A stretch of DNA of 63,097 bases, counting the filler, from Lenisia limosa (Eukaryota; Protista; Breviatea), in the NCBI GenBank assembly GCA_001655205.1. It is 15 parts of 15 records of this genome, joined end to end, with 100 filler letters (N's around TTAATTAATTAA, not from the genome) between each part and the next. Parts side by side here need not be neighbours in the genome. Positions count along the whole stretch, not along the records: positions 60,569 to 61,948 come from LPNZ01010595.1; positions 62,049 to 63,097 come from LPNZ01000515.1; 13 more parts are not named here. One strand, 5' to 3'. A model generated the notes under the pieces. It made no database searches. It had not been told where the DNA came from and was given only the letters and a program-made list of their open reading frames with translations. Below are positions 60,569-63,097 of the stretch, one piece after another (the stretch's first letter is position 1; each line of letters begins with the position of its first letter). Both the position numbers and the translations under genes were made by a program.

Positions 60569-61935
60569 ATTACCCCCCACCGCGCAAGATGGGCATGGCG
60601 CGGGCGTAGTGAGAGCGGTCACCCTATTATCGTAGCTACCAGACCCGCACGGTGAGCACGGGCCGCTGAAGGTGTCGGGGTGGTACCCGGGTTCACAGAC
60701 TGCTCCAACAGTTATAGAAGCGGCGGAAACGGTGACGTCATCGAAAATGGGCCGGGCAAAGACGGAGCCTCCCTGGGGGGTCAGGACGATTGTTAGATAA
60801 TTTCCACAACTATCACGATGTGAAATACAACGCACACGGTTTTCATTTCATGTATCCAAAACAATAAGAATACTATCATCTTCATTAGGGGTCACGCCTA
60901 TCCCCACATCCGGATTGGTCACAATGAACGCGATTCTGTACACCCCAGGAGCAGTGGTGGTGATATTGACGAGGGTGCCGATGGTTGGGGTGAAAGAGAG
61001 GGTCAGCGGCCGGACCTCAGTGATGGGGTTGCCTTATATGGTAAGTGTAATTGTATCTTTATTTAGTAAGTAATGTTGTCTTTATATGGAAAATAGGTTA
61101 GTGACGAAAACATAGTTCCTTCATTGTGAATGCCCCCACCTTCAGTGTCAACCGGCTGGAATGTCATAATTGCGGCGACCGTACTGACAACATAGGCCGG
61201 CACTGAGACGCCCACGCCAGGATCCACAACCCCGGGTACCACGGGGACCGAAAAGGGGGACCCGGATAAGCCTATTCCGTCTCCCGGTACGACTATGGGT
61301 GAGGGGATCGGGGTGAGGTCAGGGTGGACTGTCACGCCGCCGGCACCGTCCGACTTGTAGGCTACACCATTTTGGCCGTATATGGCAACATTTGCCTAAT
61401 ATGGTAAGTTAGGCAGGAAGAAACACCAGAAAACACCATGAATAACAGTCCCTATACGCCCCACCATTTGTTCAGTGACGAATGTGATTGTGAACGAGTA
61501 AGTACCATTTTGATGGTCTGTGATTTCAGAAGGAGCTGGCGTGGAAACAACCAGGTAGTTATCTCCTCCTGGGGGGGGGGGGNNNNNNNNNNNNNNNNNN
61601 NNNNNNNNNNNNNNNNNNNNNNNNNNNNNNNNNNNNNNNNNNNNNNNNNNNNNNNNNNNNNNNNNNNNNNNNNNNNNNNNNNNNNNNNNNNNNNNNNNNN
61701 NNNCATATCAACTCTATTGGCTGACATCACACCAAGTAAAATTGGACAATTTTAAAAACAATAACCATAACTCTTGGGTTGTTCCCCCCACCCGTGACTC
61801 TTTGGTTGTTTGAGGAGTCTTTTGAAGTGACAACGAAGAGACAAGGCAGCCCTGCAGAGCACTGGGCGGGTCTCGAGAGGACGGCTAAGGCCACTGCTGA
61901 CGACTTGATGGCGAAGGCAGGGGGAGTAGTGGTCT
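60569..61935 (-). CDS. Large surface protein fragment with filamin-type Ig repeats and a Cys-rich GCC2/GCC3 (ephrin-receptor-like) repeat
   Basis: CSAGLPCLFVVTSKDSSNNQRVT|GGD..EITDHQNGTYSF..|..LSGSPFSVPVVPG (filamin pattern); CEPGYHPDTFSGPCSPCGSGSYDN..PCPSC. Confidence 0.75.
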
Positions 61936-63097
61936 GGGGGGGGGGGGTNNNNNNNNNNNNNNNNNNNNNNNNNNNNNNNNNNNNNNNNNNNNTTAATTAA
62001 TTAANNNNNNNNNNNNNNNNNNNNNNNNNNNNNNNNNNNNNNNNNNNNTGAACTAAAGTAGACTATACCTGAAGGAAGTGGCTGGTGAAGGCAGGTTCGA
62101 TGATCAGATGACTCCGTACAATAGATGCACATACCTGGAAAATTAAAAAAGAAATAATAATTGAGCAATAACAAAGTAGCAGGTAATGCTGACCTCAATC
62201 GACACATGTATACAAGCTCCATCGCCAATCATGATGATGAAGTCAAAGGGGAGGAGCGCTTTGACTTTGCGACAAACTCAATGCAATGGAGAAATCCTTC
62301 AGTTGAAAAGTACGCTGAAGAATTGACAAGTGGATTGCCCTTCTTGAATAAGCAACTCCACAAATTGAAATTTAGAACCAACGGATTCTCTTTTATGACC
62401 AGAATGCCTGGATGTGTGGAGTCTTTTCTGACATTAAGAACGACCCAATTCCTTCCGCCGTGACTGTAACAAGTCTTTCAGAAGAAATCGTTTCGTCTGG
62501 AATCTTGGTTGGATCTGCAGCGTTTGCCGAAGGAACAAAAAGCCCCACCTTCCACCAAGGAGTCTTCCTAAGCTTAGTGCCGCTGATTCGGATGAAACAA
62601 AAAAGATTCTCCAATGGTTAAGAGACAACAACGTTTTGGAGAACCCTGTCCTTTTCACCCCTAAACCCGAGTCAATTGCTGGGTCCGAAGAATGGAATAT
62701 GTTTGCCACTGGTTTCAATCAAAACAAGAATCCTAGCATCATTATTGGGCTCCTTGATAGCCTGAAGTGTTATAAGGAAAGCAAAATACAAAATATATCA
62801 TATATATATCATATAAAAAAAAATCATTTTCTTCTAATCAATTATGTAGATGATGAAATAGCGGAAAATACGATATTCAATTACTTATAAAAACCAATAT
62901 ATAACATTTGGCGTTGTGAACATAGTATTATCAGGAAAACAACTAGATATTTAAGATCCGGTTATATCAATAATCCTAATAATCAAAAAGAGTTCACAAA
63001 CCAACCTCTTCAGTTTCATTCATAGTTCTTGAATTATATGCCAAGTTTTTTTGTAGCTTCCTTTTTGTACTGCTTTAGCTCAGTTGGGAAGGGAATG

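Noticed and set aside
1-63097. Gene neighbourhood arguments (for example cyclase next to NAT10, transposase next to dynein)
   Set aside because: Adjacent genes are on different scaffolds joined artificially; only within-scaffold adjacency (Rab-tRNA-RasGAP; CD2BP2-TOR1-like) is meaningful.

Overview
This is not one locus. It is an artificial concatenation of 15 short, gapped scaffolds (1-12432, 12533-17234, 17335-19162, 19263-21709, 21810-27164, 27265-30955, 31056-35917, 36018-38590, 38691-42368, 42469-55069, 55170-56266, 56367-57925, 58026-60468, 60569-61948, 62049-63097), joined by a 100-nt N44-TTAATTAATTAA-N44 linker. The source is a very intron-rich, flagellated eukaryote (axonemal dynein present; species not identifiable from sequence alone). 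Splicing short exons by eye recovers: a receptor-type class III nucleotidyl cyclase, NAT10/KRE33, a Rab-like GTPase C-terminus, an intron-containing tRNA-Tyr(GTA), an IQGAP/GAP1-type RasGAP, an axonemal dynein heavy chain AAA4 region, a CNH-domain protein, a soluble-adenylyl-cyclase-like STAND ATPase region, CD2BP2/LIN1, a two-domain TORTIFOLIA1/SPIRAL2 homolog, a second cyclase C-terminus, GPN2, and a filamin-repeat/Cys-rich surface protein. The most unusual biology is in the introns. Two repeat families (C, D) lie in the sense orientation and end exactly at functional 3' splice sites of unrelated genes; family C sometimes makes up the whole intron, once with an 11-bp AG|GT-containing direct repeat at both ends. 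This is introner-like. A third family (B) is sense-biased inside introns. Also present: more than 20 copies of a ~98-bp hAT-type MITE with 8-bp TSDs, a set of TA|TGTG-ended elements with repeated subterminal motifs, and a degenerate but spliced pogo/DDE_1 transposase. All protein identities come from motif recognition, not database searches; exon coordinates are hand-counted and may be off by a few bases.
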